A DNA stretch of 64,000 nt. It comes from Eubacteriales bacterium (GTDB lineage: Bacteria > Bacillota > Clostridia > Oscillospirales > SIG627). The stretch covers positions 104,759-168,758 of the forward strand of contig JAZQJZ010000007.1 in assembly GCA_045541915.1 (NCBI GenBank). The letters are read 5' to 3'. Below the pieces are notes generated by a model. The model did not search any database. It saw nothing but the letters and a program-made list of their open reading frames with translations, and was not told the DNA's origin. Positions 1 to 7,480 of the stretch are shown one piece after another. Position numbers and translations under genes: made by a program. Numbering within the stretch: position 1 is the stretch's first letter; each line of letters starts with the position of its first letter.

Positions 1-243
1 GGTCATACCCATATTAAACAGGTGGTTCAACACGCCGTTAATGCCTTCATCGGCTTCAGCGGGGTTGATGGGCAGGTTCACCAGAATGGCACCCAAGCCC
101 ATCGGCAGAAGGAGCGTGGGCTCCATTTCTTTTTTGATGGCAAGGAAGATCAGCAAGCCACCAATGGCCCACATAGCCAGCTGGTTCCACTGCAGATACT
201 GAAAATTCTCAAATAGCTTTAAAAATTGTTCTAAAATTCCCAT
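1..243 (-). CDS. Na+-translocating decarboxylase beta subunit (OadB/GcdB/MmdB family), N-terminal fragment running off the left edge
   Basis: Absent from the ORF track because no stop lies in the window. My minus-strand translation from ATG 243 reads MGILEQFLKLFENFQYLQWNQLAMWAIGGLLIFLAIKKEMEPTLLLPMGLGAILVNLPINP. This is a hydrophobic N-terminus with the AIKK-EP-LLLP-G-GA pattern I associate with this family. SD GGAAAGGA lies about 8 nt upstream, and the start is 14 nt after the ileS stop. Confidence 0.65.
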   Translation of the reverse strand, partial: MGILEQFLKLFENFQYLQWNQLAMWAIGGLLIFLAIKKEMEPTLLLPMGLGAILVNLPINPAEADEGINGVLNHLFNMGMT

Positions 244-257
244 TGTTTGTTCCTTTC

Positions 258-3200
258 CTATTTTACAACCTTGACAGACAAGGTTACTTTTTCACCGTTG
301 ATGTCCCACTCCTTGGCCGTTTCCGAAAGGGTCTCGGAAAGGGAGAGGGCGAGGGTGTCTTCGCAGATTTCCGCTTCGTTTTCCCTGGCAAGGGAAAGGA
401 GCTTACCGTTACCGGAAATTCCAATCTCGATGCGATCGGTCACATTGAAATCTGCTTCCTTACGCATGGTCTGCACCTTGCTGATGATCTCTCGCACAAA
501 GCCTTCGGTGATCAATTCTTCCGTCAGCGCTGTATCCAAAACCACCACCAGGTCAGCATCGGAAACGGCAAAGAAGCCTTCCTTCTGCTCATTCTGGATC
601 AAGAGATCTTCCGGCTCCAGCACCACTCTGCCGGAGGGGAGATCAAGAGCAAGAGATCCGTCGGCATCCAATTCCTTCTTGGCCTTGGCGCCGTCAATAT
701 TCTGAAGCGCCGCCTTCAATTCTCCCAGCTGCTTTCCAAATTTCGGTCCGCAGGTCTTCAGCTGAGGCTTGAAGGAATAGGACAGGAATTCATCCACCTT
801 GTCAGTGAACAGAACTTCCTTCACATTCAATTCTTCCTTCACAATGGCAGTGCAATCCTCGTTCAGTGCAGTCTCGCACTTGACGAACATTTTTGCCAGA
901 GGCTGGCGGTTCTTTCTGCCGCTGCCGGCACGGGCCGCTCTTCCGCTGACCACAATGCGCAAAACCTCGTCCATTTCATCTTCCAGATCCGGCTGGATCC
1001 AATCCTCCCTTACTTCGGGGAAGGAGCAAAGATGAACCGATTCTTCTGCGTTGGGATCCACCGAGCAAACCAGGTTGCGGTAAATATCCTCTGCCATAAA
1101 GGGGATCATGGGAGCGGCGGTCTTTGCCACCGTTACAAGGGCGGTGTAAAGGGTCATATAAGCGTTGATCTTATCCTGGGGCATACCGCTGACCCAAAAG
1201 CGTTCTCTGCCGCGGCGTACATACCAGTTGGAAAGATCGTCCACAAAGCTCTGCAGTGCTCTGCACGCTTCGGGGATCCGGTAGTTCTCCAGATTTTCAT
1301 CCACACTCAAAACGGTGGAGTTGAGCTTGGAAAGGAGCCACTTATCCATCACGGAAAGCTTTTCATATTCCAGTGCAAACTTGGTGGGATCAAACTCGTC
1401 AATATTGGCATAGAGCACGTAGAACGCGTAGGTGTTCCAAAGGGTGCCCATAAACTTTCTCTGTCCCTCTACCACTGCCTTTCCGTGGAAGCGGTTGGGA
1501 AGCCAGGGAGCGGAGTTGGTATAGAAATACCAACGAATGGCATCGGCACCGTAGGTTTCCAGAGCGTCAAAGGGATCCACTGCATTGCCCTTGGATTTAC
1601 TCATTTTCTGGCCATTTTCATCCTGCACGTGACCTAAAACGATAACGTTTTTATAAGGAGCCTTGTCAAAGATCAAGGTGGAAATGGCAAGGAGAGAATA
1701 GAACCAACCACGGGTCTGGTCCACTGCCTCGGAAATAAAGTCTGCCGGGAACTGAGCCTCAAACAGATCCTTGTTTTCAAAGGGATAGTGGTGCTGAGCA
1801 AAGGGCATCGCACCGGAGTCAAACCAGCAGTCGATCACCTCAGGCACACGGTGCATTTCCTTGCCGCAATGGGGACAGGGGAAGGTGACCGCATCAATAT
1901 AAGGACGGTGCAGTTCAATGTCCTCAGGGCAATTCTTACTGAGGGAACGAAGCTCTGCGATGGAGCCGATGGCGTGGTGATGGCCACATTCACATTCCCA
2001 GATGTTCAAGGGAGTGCCCCAGTAACGGTTACGGGAAATACCCCAATCCTGCACATTTTCCAGCCAGTCGCCGAATCTGCCCTTACCGATGCTCTCCGGA
2101 ATCCAGTTGATGGTATTGTTGTTGGCGATCAAACGGTCGCGCACATCGGTCATACGAATAAACCAGGATTCTCTTGCATAATAAATAAGGGGGGTATCGC
2201 ACCGCCAGCAGAAGGGATAATCGTGCTCAAACTTAGGTGCGTCAAAAAGCAATCCTCTGGAGGAAAGGTCCCGGAGCACTTCCGGATCCGCATCCTTCAC
2301 AAAAAGTCCTGCAAAGGGAGTGCTCTCAGTCATACAGCCCTTGCCATCCACCAGCTGAACAAAAGGAAGATCGTACTTTCTTCCTACCCGGGCGTCATCT
2401 TCACCAAAGGCCGGTGCAATGTGAACAATACCGGTACCGTCGGACATGGTAACATATCCGTCGCACACAATATAGTGTCCTTTTTTGCCCTGCTTTTTGG
2501 CAAGCTCTCCTGCAACTTCATAAAGAGGCTGGTATTCTTTTCCTTCCAGGGCCGCGCCCTCAAAGGTCTCCAGCACCTCCCAAGCACTCTTTCCTTCTTC
2601 TGCCAAAGGAGAGAGCACCGCATCCAGGAGCTTTTTGGCCAGATAATAAACCTTGCCGTCCGCCGCCTTTACCTTGCAATATTCCTCCTTGGGGTTCACA
2701 CAGAGCGCCACATTGGAGGGCAGAGTCCAGGGGGTGGTGGTCCAAGCCAAGAAGTACGCGTCCTCGCCAATCACGGAAAAGCGCACAACAGCACTTTTTT
2801 CTTTTACGGATTTATACCCCTGAGCAACCTCGTGAGAGGAAAGAGGGGTTCCGCAACGGGGGCAGTAAGGAACGATCTTAAAGCCCTTGTAAAGAAGGCC
2901 CTTTTCATAGATCTCCTTCAGCGCCCACCACTCAGATTCGATAAAGTCATTGTGATAGGTAACGTAGGGGTCATCCATATCAGCCCAGAAGCCAACGGTG
3001 CCGGAGAAATCCTCCCACATTCCCTTATACTTCCAGACGCTTTCCTTGCACTTCTGAATAAACGGATCCAGACCATACTGCTCGATCTGCTCTTTACCGT
3101 CCAGCCCCAGAAGCTTTTCCACTTCCAATTCCACCGGAAGACCGTGGGTATCCCATCCGGCCTTTCTGGGAACCATATAACCCTTCATGGTACGGTAACG

Positions 3201-3410
3201 GGGGATCATATCCTTGATGACACGAGTGAGAACGTGACCGATATGAGGCTTGCCGTTGGCCGTGGGAGGTCCGTCATAAAATACATATGGCTCCCCTTCC
3301 TTTCGGGTCTGGATGCTTTTTTCGAAAATCTTGTTTTCCTTCCAGAATTCGCCCACTTTTTTCTCGCGCTGGACAAAATTCATATCTGAATTTACCTTTT
3401 CGTAAATCAT
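258..3410 (-). CDS. ileS: isoleucine--tRNA ligase
   Basis: 1050-aa ORF with class I HIGH (PHIGHV) and KMSKS (KMSKSKGN) motifs and IleRS-like length and N-terminus. SD AGAGGAGG lies 6 nt before the ATG. Confidence 0.96.
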   Translation of the reverse strand: MIYEKVNSDMNFVQREKKVGEFWKENKIFEKSIQTRKEGEPYVFYDGPPTANGKPHIGHVLTRVIKDMIPRYRTMKGYMVPRKAGWDTHGLPVELEVEKLLGLDGKEQIEQYGLDPFIQKCKESVWKYKGMWEDFSGTVGFWADMDDPYVTYHNDFIESEWWALKEIYEKGLLYKGFKIVPYCPRCGTPLSSHEVAQGYKSVKEKSAVVRFSVIGEDAYFLAWTTTPWTLPSNVALCVNPKEEYCKVKAADGKVYYLAKKLLDAVLSPLAEEGKSAWEVLETFEGAALEGKEYQPLYEVAGELAKKQGKKGHYIVCDGYVTMSDGTGIVHIAPAFGEDDARVGRKYDLPFVQLVDGKGCMTESTPFAGLFVKDADPEVLRDLSSRGLLFDAPKFEHDYPFCWRCDTPLIYYARESWFIRMTDVRDRLIANNNTINWIPESIGKGRFGDWLENVQDWGISRNRYWGTPLNIWECECGHHHAIGSIAELRSLSKNCPEDIELHRPYIDAVTFPCPHCGKEMHRVPEVIDCWFDSGAMPFAQHHYPFENKDLFEAQFPADFISEAVDQTRGWFYSLLAISTLIFDKAPYKNVIVLGHVQDENGQKMSKSKGNAVDPFDALETYGADAIRWYFYTNSAPWLPNRFHGKAVVEGQRKFMGTLWNTYAFYVLYANIDEFDPTKFALEYEKLSVMDKWLLSKLNSTVLSVDENLENYRIPEACRALQSFVDDLSNWYVRRGRERFWVSGMPQDKINAYMTLYTALVTVAKTAAPMIPFMAEDIYRNLVCSVDPNAEESVHLCSFPEVREDWIQPDLEDEMDEVLRIVVSGRAARAGSGRKNRQPLAKMFVKCETALNEDCTAIVKEELNVKEVLFTDKVDEFLSYSFKPQLKTCGPKFGKQLGELKAALQNIDGAKAKKELDADGSLALDLPSGRVVLEPEDLLIQNEQKEGFFAVSDADLVVVLDTALTEELITEGFVREIISKVQTMRKEADFNVTDRIEIGISGNGKLLSLARENEAEICEDTLALSLSETLSETAKEWDINGEKVTLSVKVVK

Positions 3411-3435
3411 GGAAAACCTCCTCTTGTTAATCGTG

Positions 3436-3467
3436 AAAAAAGTCTCCGTCCGCGAAAGGACGAAGAC
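3436..3467 (-). terminator. intrinsic terminator-like hairpin inside the ileS 5' leader (candidate attenuator)
   Basis: Minus-strand RNA reads GUCUUCGUCC-uuucgc-GGACGGAGAC (10-bp stem with one G-U) followed by UUUUUU, about 25 nt upstream of the ileS ATG. A second 8-bp hairpin (CATTGAAA/TTTCAATG) lies at 3475-3495. Confidence 0.6.
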
Positions 3468-3508
3468 GACGCTTCATTGAAAGAGTGTTTCAATGCCTTT
3501 TCCAAAGT

Positions 3509-3537
3509 AATGTATCATATATAATAATAAAAGTCAA
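3509..3537 (-). promoter_or_regulatory. putative ileS promoter
   Basis: Minus strand reads TTGACT (3537-3532), 17-nt spacer, TACATT (3514-3509). The -10 is weak. Confidence 0.35.
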
Positions 3538-3569
3538 GAAAAAACCTTTATTTTTCGCAAAACTTTTGC

Positions 3570-3598
3570 TTGACAAAAGCCATTTCCTTTGCTATAAT
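3570..3598 (+). promoter_or_regulatory. sigma-A type promoter for tRNA-Cys
   Basis: TTGACA (3570-3575), 17-nt spacer, TATAAT (3593-3598), about 20 nt before the tRNA 5' end. Confidence 0.7.
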
Positions 3599-3617
3599 GA
3601 TTCCCGCAACTGAATAT

Positions 3618-3692
3618 GGTGCCATAGCCAAGTGGTAAGGCCACGGTCTGCAAAACCGTTATTCCCCAGTTCAAATCTGGGTGGCACCTCCA
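3618..3692 (+). tRNA. tRNA-Cys (GCA), CCA encoded
   Basis: Cloverleaf read by eye: acceptor GGTGCCA/TGGCACC, anticodon stem ACGGT/ACCGT with loop CTGCAAA, T arm CCCAG-TTCAAAT-CTGGG, discriminator T, then CCA. Confidence 0.9.
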
Positions 3693-3695
3693 AAA

Positions 3696-3730
3696 ATAAA
3701 AGCAGGTCAATCGACCTGCTTTTATTTTTG
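3696..3730 (+). terminator. intrinsic terminator after tRNA-Cys
   Basis: AGCAGGTC-aatc-GACCTGCT stem with A/T extension, followed by a T-run. Confidence 0.75.
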
Positions 3731-4000
3731 GAAATGAAGCGCACCTTGTGGTGCATGAAACATGAAGTCGCCTACGGCTATGAAGCGTTCCCTGCGGGAA
3801 CATTGAAAGTTCGCGTGCGCTTTGCTTCATGTTGCGCTATCGGCGCAATGCTTCATACAAGGCGAAGCCTTGTGCTTCATATTTGCGAAGCAAATGCTTC
3901 ATTCCGCATTAACGGACACAAAACAAGGTTGCCTTACGGCAAACAGTGTTGTGCTTCGTACAAATGATGTGGGCTTACGCCCAACGACGTTGACTTCGTG
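3731..4000. repeat. array of about 10 mini-modules (heptamer ATGAAGC or its complement GCTTCAT plus a variable short hairpin), polarity inverted around 3815
   Basis: Heptamers at 3734, 3755, 3762, 3780 (+ sense) and at 3824, 3850, 3874, 3896, 3953, 3993 (complement). Adjacent 5-7 bp hairpins have differing sequences. See findings. Confidence 0.7.
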
Positions 4001-4017
4001 CAATTATATGCTATAAT
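3990..4017 (+). promoter_or_regulatory. putative promoter of the AT-rich HAD/isomerase cassette
   Basis: TTGACT (3990-3995), 16-nt spacer, TATAAT (4012-4017), 20 nt upstream of ATG 4038. Confidence 0.5.
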
Positions 4018-4037
4018 ATACCCAAGGTGGTGATTTT

Positions 4038-4769
4038 ATGGAAGCATTATTTGAAGATAGTTATGTTAGAAATAAAGAGTTAGCAAAAGAAATTCACATG
4101 TATAATGACTATTTGTTTGATTTTGATGGCACGTTAGTGGATTCTATGCCAACATTCATTAATGTTATGTTGAGAATTCTTGATGAAAACAACATAAAAT
4201 ATGAAGATGATATTGTAAAAATCATTACCCCTTTAGGGTATGCCGGAACTGCCAAATATTTTAGGGAGTTGGGGGTTCCGTTATCCGAAGAAGAAATGGT
4301 TGCAATGATGAAAAAATATGCCTATGATGAGTATGCACATAATATTCCGGCAAAAGCAAATGTTGTTGCAACACTCAAAAAGTTAAAACAAGAGGGTGCG
4401 AATCTTCATATTTTAACTGCAAGTCCTCATTCGGTGCTTGATGTATGTTTGAAGAGATTAGGAATATTTGATATTTTTACAAATATATGGTCTTGTGATG
4501 ATTTTGGAACAACAAAATCAGATGTGGAAATTTATAAAATGGCAGCCCTGAAAATAGCGAAACCTATCAACGAAATATTATTTCTTGATGATAACTGCAA
4601 TGCTGATAAAACGGCAAAATCATCAGGAATGAAGGTATGTGGTATATACGATTCATCCTCCAAAGATTATATAAAAGATATAAAAAGTGTTTCGGACTAT
4701 TATATTTATGATTTTTCAGAGTTACTCGAATTAAAATGTGATGTAAGAGAAAAAAGTATTACATATTAA
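4038..4769 (+). CDS. HAD-superfamily hydrolase (phosphatase-like)
   Basis: HAD motif I DFDGTLVDS near the N-terminus and a late LDD acidic motif. SD GGTGGTG lies upstream. Visibly AT-rich codon usage. Confidence 0.8.
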   Translation: MEALFEDSYVRNKELAKEIHMYNDYLFDFDGTLVDSMPTFINVMLRILDENNIKYEDDIVKIITPLGYAGTAKYFRELGVPLSEEEMVAMMKKYAYDEYAHNIPAKANVVATLKKLKQEGANLHILTASPHSVLDVCLKRLGIFDIFTNIWSCDDFGTTKSDVEIYKMAALKIAKPINEILFLDDNCNADKTAKSSGMKVCGIYDSSSKDYIKDIKSVSDYYIYDFSELLELKCDVREKSITY

Positions 4770-4796
4770 ACGGTATAAAAAAGGGAGTGTTTAAAA

Positions 4797-5651
4797 GTGA
4801 AATTATCTGTGGAATTATACACACTGGCACAAAGGTTTGGGGATTTTAGGGCTATAGAAATATCAAAGGCTGCAGGCTTTGATGCGATAGATTATTCATA
4901 TTATTATGACAAAGAATGTGAAGAAGTTTTAGGTGATGGTTATAAAGAATATGCAGAAAAGTTAAGAGTTCACCTTGATAAAGTTGGAATAGCTTGTAAT
5001 CAGGCACATGCGCCTTTTTCACTCAAATATGGTTTAGAGCATAATATTTTTGAAGAAAAGTATCTGTGGATGATACATGCTTTGGAATCAGCATCAATTC
5101 TTGGCGCAGAAAATATAGTTGTTCATTCCATAACGGTTCCCGATGGTGTTGATTTTGAGAAATATAATATTGAATATTATAAAAGCTTTATCCCGTACTG
5201 TGAACAATTTGGTATACATGTTGCAGTGGAAAATCTGTTCAGCAGGGATATAAAAAGAAAAAGGTTAATAGGCAAACTGGGGAGTCCTGCAGAATTAAAC
5301 AGTATTGTTGAAAAAATCAATTCGCCATGGATTGTAGCATGCGTGGATATTGGGCATGCAGCACTGACCGGATATGAACCAGAAAAATTTATTGAAGGTG
5401 TTAATCCGAGGATTTTAAAATCTTTGCATGTACAGGATAATGATTATCTTGATGATAGGCATATTTTGCCTTATACAGGAAAGCTGAACTGGGAAGCAAT
5501 TATGCATTCGTTGAAAAAGGCGGGATATACCGGTGACTTGACTTTCGAAATCATTAAGTTCCTTGATAAGTTTCCTGACGAGCTGTTCCCGGAAGTAATG
5601 CGATTTGCAGTCTCTGTCGGAAAACATCTTGTTTCGCTTTATAATAAATAA
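4797..5651 (+). CDS. sugar phosphate isomerase/epimerase (xylose isomerase-like TIM barrel)
   Basis: 284-aa ORF with the family-typical pattern (IVVHS..., VAVENL, DIGH, HVQDN). GTG start with SD AGGGAG. AT-rich. Confidence 0.75.
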   Translation: MKLSVELYTLAQRFGDFRAIEISKAAGFDAIDYSYYYDKECEEVLGDGYKEYAEKLRVHLDKVGIACNQAHAPFSLKYGLEHNIFEEKYLWMIHALESASILGAENIVVHSITVPDGVDFEKYNIEYYKSFIPYCEQFGIHVAVENLFSRDIKRKRLIGKLGSPAELNSIVEKINSPWIVACVDIGHAALTGYEPEKFIEGVNPRILKSLHVQDNDYLDDRHILPYTGKLNWEAIMHSLKKAGYTGDLTFEIIKFLDKFPDELFPEVMRFAVSVGKHLVSLYNK

Positions 5652-5748
5652 TTTTCATCAAAGCCTTACATCCTACATCGAATGTTGTTAGTTGAAGTTT
5701 TTTAGAAATCCTCGGTTTTCGACCAGTTCTTTTTCGGACACGAATGAC

Positions 5749-5787
5749 AAAAAAATCCCGTTCACGTAAGTGAGCGGGATTTTTTCT
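5749..5787. terminator. intrinsic terminator, bidirectional in appearance
   Basis: ATCCCGTTCAC-gtaa-GTGAGCGGGAT flanked by an A-run and a T-run. It closes the AT-rich cassette. Confidence 0.7.
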
Positions 5788-5949
5788 TCTTACTTCTTCA
5801 CGATTCCCTCTTCGCTTTTCTCGCTTTCCTTCCGTTCGGAGCCGATTTTCAGGGGCAAAAGAAAAAGCGAATCACGAGATGGGTTGCGATCTTCTCTCTT
5901 TTGTGTTATAATACGCAGCACAAACAGAAAATTTACGGGAGGATACGGA

Positions 5950-6963
5950 ATGAAGCTTGATTTTGAAGCCATAAAAAGCATCACTTGCGGCGCAGTGCGC
6001 ATAACGGAAGAAAAGGACGGGGTTCACTTTTTTCGCTTTACGCAAGAGCAAGAGGATTTTTACCGGGGTTATAAAGCCAGCTTTTATCAAAACACCTTTT
6101 CCACCTCCGGCATAAAGCTCCGTTTTCGGACGGACAGCGCCCGCCTCACCTTAGGCGCGACACCTTCCGCCACCTGCGCGCGTTCTTATTTTTCCTTTGA
6201 CCTGACCGTCAACGGACGCCTTTCAGGCAGCTTGAATAACTTTGACCGCCTGTGTCTTCCCAGCCGTTATGCCAAGGTTGTGCTTCCTCATATGCCCGAA
6301 AAAAAGACCTTTGACCTGGGCCAGGGAGAAAAGGAAGTTTGCCTGTATCTGCCTTGGAACTGCAAGGTCGCTTTGTGGGAGCTTTCCCTTGACGATGGGG
6401 CAAAGGTGATCCCGGTAAAGAGAGAGAAAAAACTCCTTTGCTTCGGTGATTCCATCACCCAAGGCTACGATGCCTTGCACCCCTTATGTAAATATACCAC
6501 CCGTCTGGCAGACGAGATCGGCTATGAAGAATACAACAAGGCCATTGGGGGCGAGATCTTTGTGCCTGGGCTTGCCGAAACGCGGGAAGACTTCCGCCCG
6601 GATCTGATCCTTGCATCTTACGGCTCCAACGACTGGAACAGACGGAAAAGAGCGACCTTTGAAGCTGCGTGCCACGGATTTTACCGGAACCTTTCCCAAT
6701 CCTATCCCGATACCAAGATCATCGCCATCACTCCCATCTGGCGCAAGATCTGGGAAAGACCCAAGCCCATCGGCACCTTTGATGTGGTGGAAAAGACCAT
6801 TTTCCAAGTGGCTGAAGAACTCCCCAACGTATTTCCCATCAGAGGCTTTGACTTTGTTCCCAAGGATCCCCAGTATTTTGGCGACGGCACCCTGCATCCC
6901 AACAACACCGGCTTTCAATTTTATTTTGAAGGTCTGAAGAATTTTGTTTTAGAACATCTGTAA
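5950..6963 (+). CDS. SGNH/GDSL-family hydrolase
   Basis: GDSL block FGDSITQGY and GSNDW block. The track ORF (from 5770) is trimmed to ATG 5950, which has SD GGGAGG 8 nt upstream. The upstream extension crosses a terminator. Confidence 0.8.
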   Translation: MKLDFEAIKSITCGAVRITEEKDGVHFFRFTQEQEDFYRGYKASFYQNTFSTSGIKLRFRTDSARLTLGATPSATCARSYFSFDLTVNGRLSGSLNNFDRLCLPSRYAKVVLPHMPEKKTFDLGQGEKEVCLYLPWNCKVALWELSLDDGAKVIPVKREKKLLCFGDSITQGYDALHPLCKYTTRLADEIGYEEYNKAIGGEIFVPGLAETREDFRPDLILASYGSNDWNRRKRATFEAACHGFYRNLSQSYPDTKIIAITPIWRKIWERPKPIGTFDVVEKTIFQVAEELPNVFPIRGFDFVPKDPQYFGDGTLHPNNTGFQFYFEGLKNFVLEHL

Positions 6964-6969
6964 AAAAGA

Positions 6970-7000
6970 AAAACAGAGGCAAATGCCTCTGTTTTTTTCT
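6970..7000 (+). terminator. intrinsic terminator
   Basis: CAGAGGC-aaat-GCCTCTG followed by T7. Confidence 0.75.
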
Positions 7001-7028
7001 TTTTTCTTGGCGGGCTCAAGACCGCTCG

Positions 7029-7271
7029 CTATTGAATCTCCTGTTCCAGACCGTCAAAAAGAGGAGAGGAAAAGAATTCCTCCATACTGATCTCAAGCCC
7101 GTCGCAGATCTTTTTCACAGTGGAAACTGTCGTGCTTTGGTTTCGACCGCCCATAATATTGGATAAAGTAGATTGGGTGATTCCGCAAAGAGTCGATAAG
7201 CGGTTAACGGTAATTTTCTTTTCTTCGCAAAGTGCCAAAATCCTCAGTCTCACAGCTTCTCCGCTCTTCAC
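7029..7271 (-). CDS. XRE-family HTH transcriptional regulator
   Basis: 80 aa with a Cro/C1-type HTH (ITVNRLSTLCGITQSTLSNIMGG). GTG start with SD GGGGTGA. Confidence 0.85.
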   Translation of the reverse strand: MKSGEAVRLRILALCEEKKITVNRLSTLCGITQSTLSNIMGGRNQSTTVSTVKKICDGLEISMEEFFSSPLFDGLEQEIQ

Positions 7272-7312
7272 ATTTTCACCCCTTTTCTTTTTCTACACTT
7301 TCATATTACCCA

Positions 7313-7344
7313 TTTTGAGTTACAAAGTTTAACTCTTTTGAGTT
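7313..7344. promoter_or_regulatory. candidate operator upstream of the XRE gene
   Basis: Inverted repeat GAGTTA-N7-TAACTC (7317-7335) embedded in direct repeats TTTTGAGTT (7313-7321 and 7336-7344). Confidence 0.3.
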
Positions 7345-7423
7345 GACTTTTGAGCAGCCTGATGATAAACTGGTGAAAACGAAACAAAGGAGTGACCGCT
7401 TAGCCGTTTTAGCATCTTCAAGT

Positions 7424-7469
7424 AAAAAAACCGGTGTGCAGAAAATCTGCACACCGGTTTTCTTTTTTT
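7424..7469. terminator. intrinsic terminator (bidirectional) after the acyltransferase gene
   Basis: CCGGTGTGCAG-aaaat-CTGCACACCGG flanked by A7 and T-runs. Confidence 0.8.
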
Positions 7470-7480
7470 CAAGGGCGCTT

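Noticed and set aside
243-1637. Very long antisense ORFs opposite real genes. Examples: 243-1637 and 1788-3389 opposite ileS; 11014-12369 opposite clpC; 17503-18765 opposite dnaG; 21246-22460 opposite the SBP; 33767-35272 and 35182-37140 opposite hydA/hydB; 45497-46372 opposite the MATE gene.
   Set aside because: Their translations are low-complexity and G/R/H-rich, with no motifs or SD sequences. The opposite strand carries unmistakable conserved proteins. Such shadow ORFs arise from codon bias that avoids the complements of stop codons.
3411-3617. A T-box riboswitch upstream of ileS.
   Set aside because: No T-box consensus or Stem I-sized structure is visible. Only about 120 nt of leader is available because the divergent tRNA-Cys promoter occupies the rest. 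Reported instead as an unclassified attenuator.
3632-4016. Track ORFs 3632-3967, 3534-3830 and 3822-4016 overlapping tRNA-Cys and the hairpin array.
   Set aside because: They overlap a tRNA and a terminator, lack SD sequences, and their peptide sequences simply mirror the nucleotide repeat.
5770-5949. N-terminal extensions of many track ORFs: 5770, 15645, 17398, 20661, 26095, 35203-37191, 37752-39014, 38900-39940, 40023, 41381-42280, 45260, 52670-53521, 54823-56382, 57690, 59291, 60494 and 63331-63717.
   Set aside because: The extensions cross terminators, promoters, tRNA promoters or neighbouring genes and lack SD sequences. Internal ATG/GTG codons with good SD spacing and family-typical N-termini were used instead.
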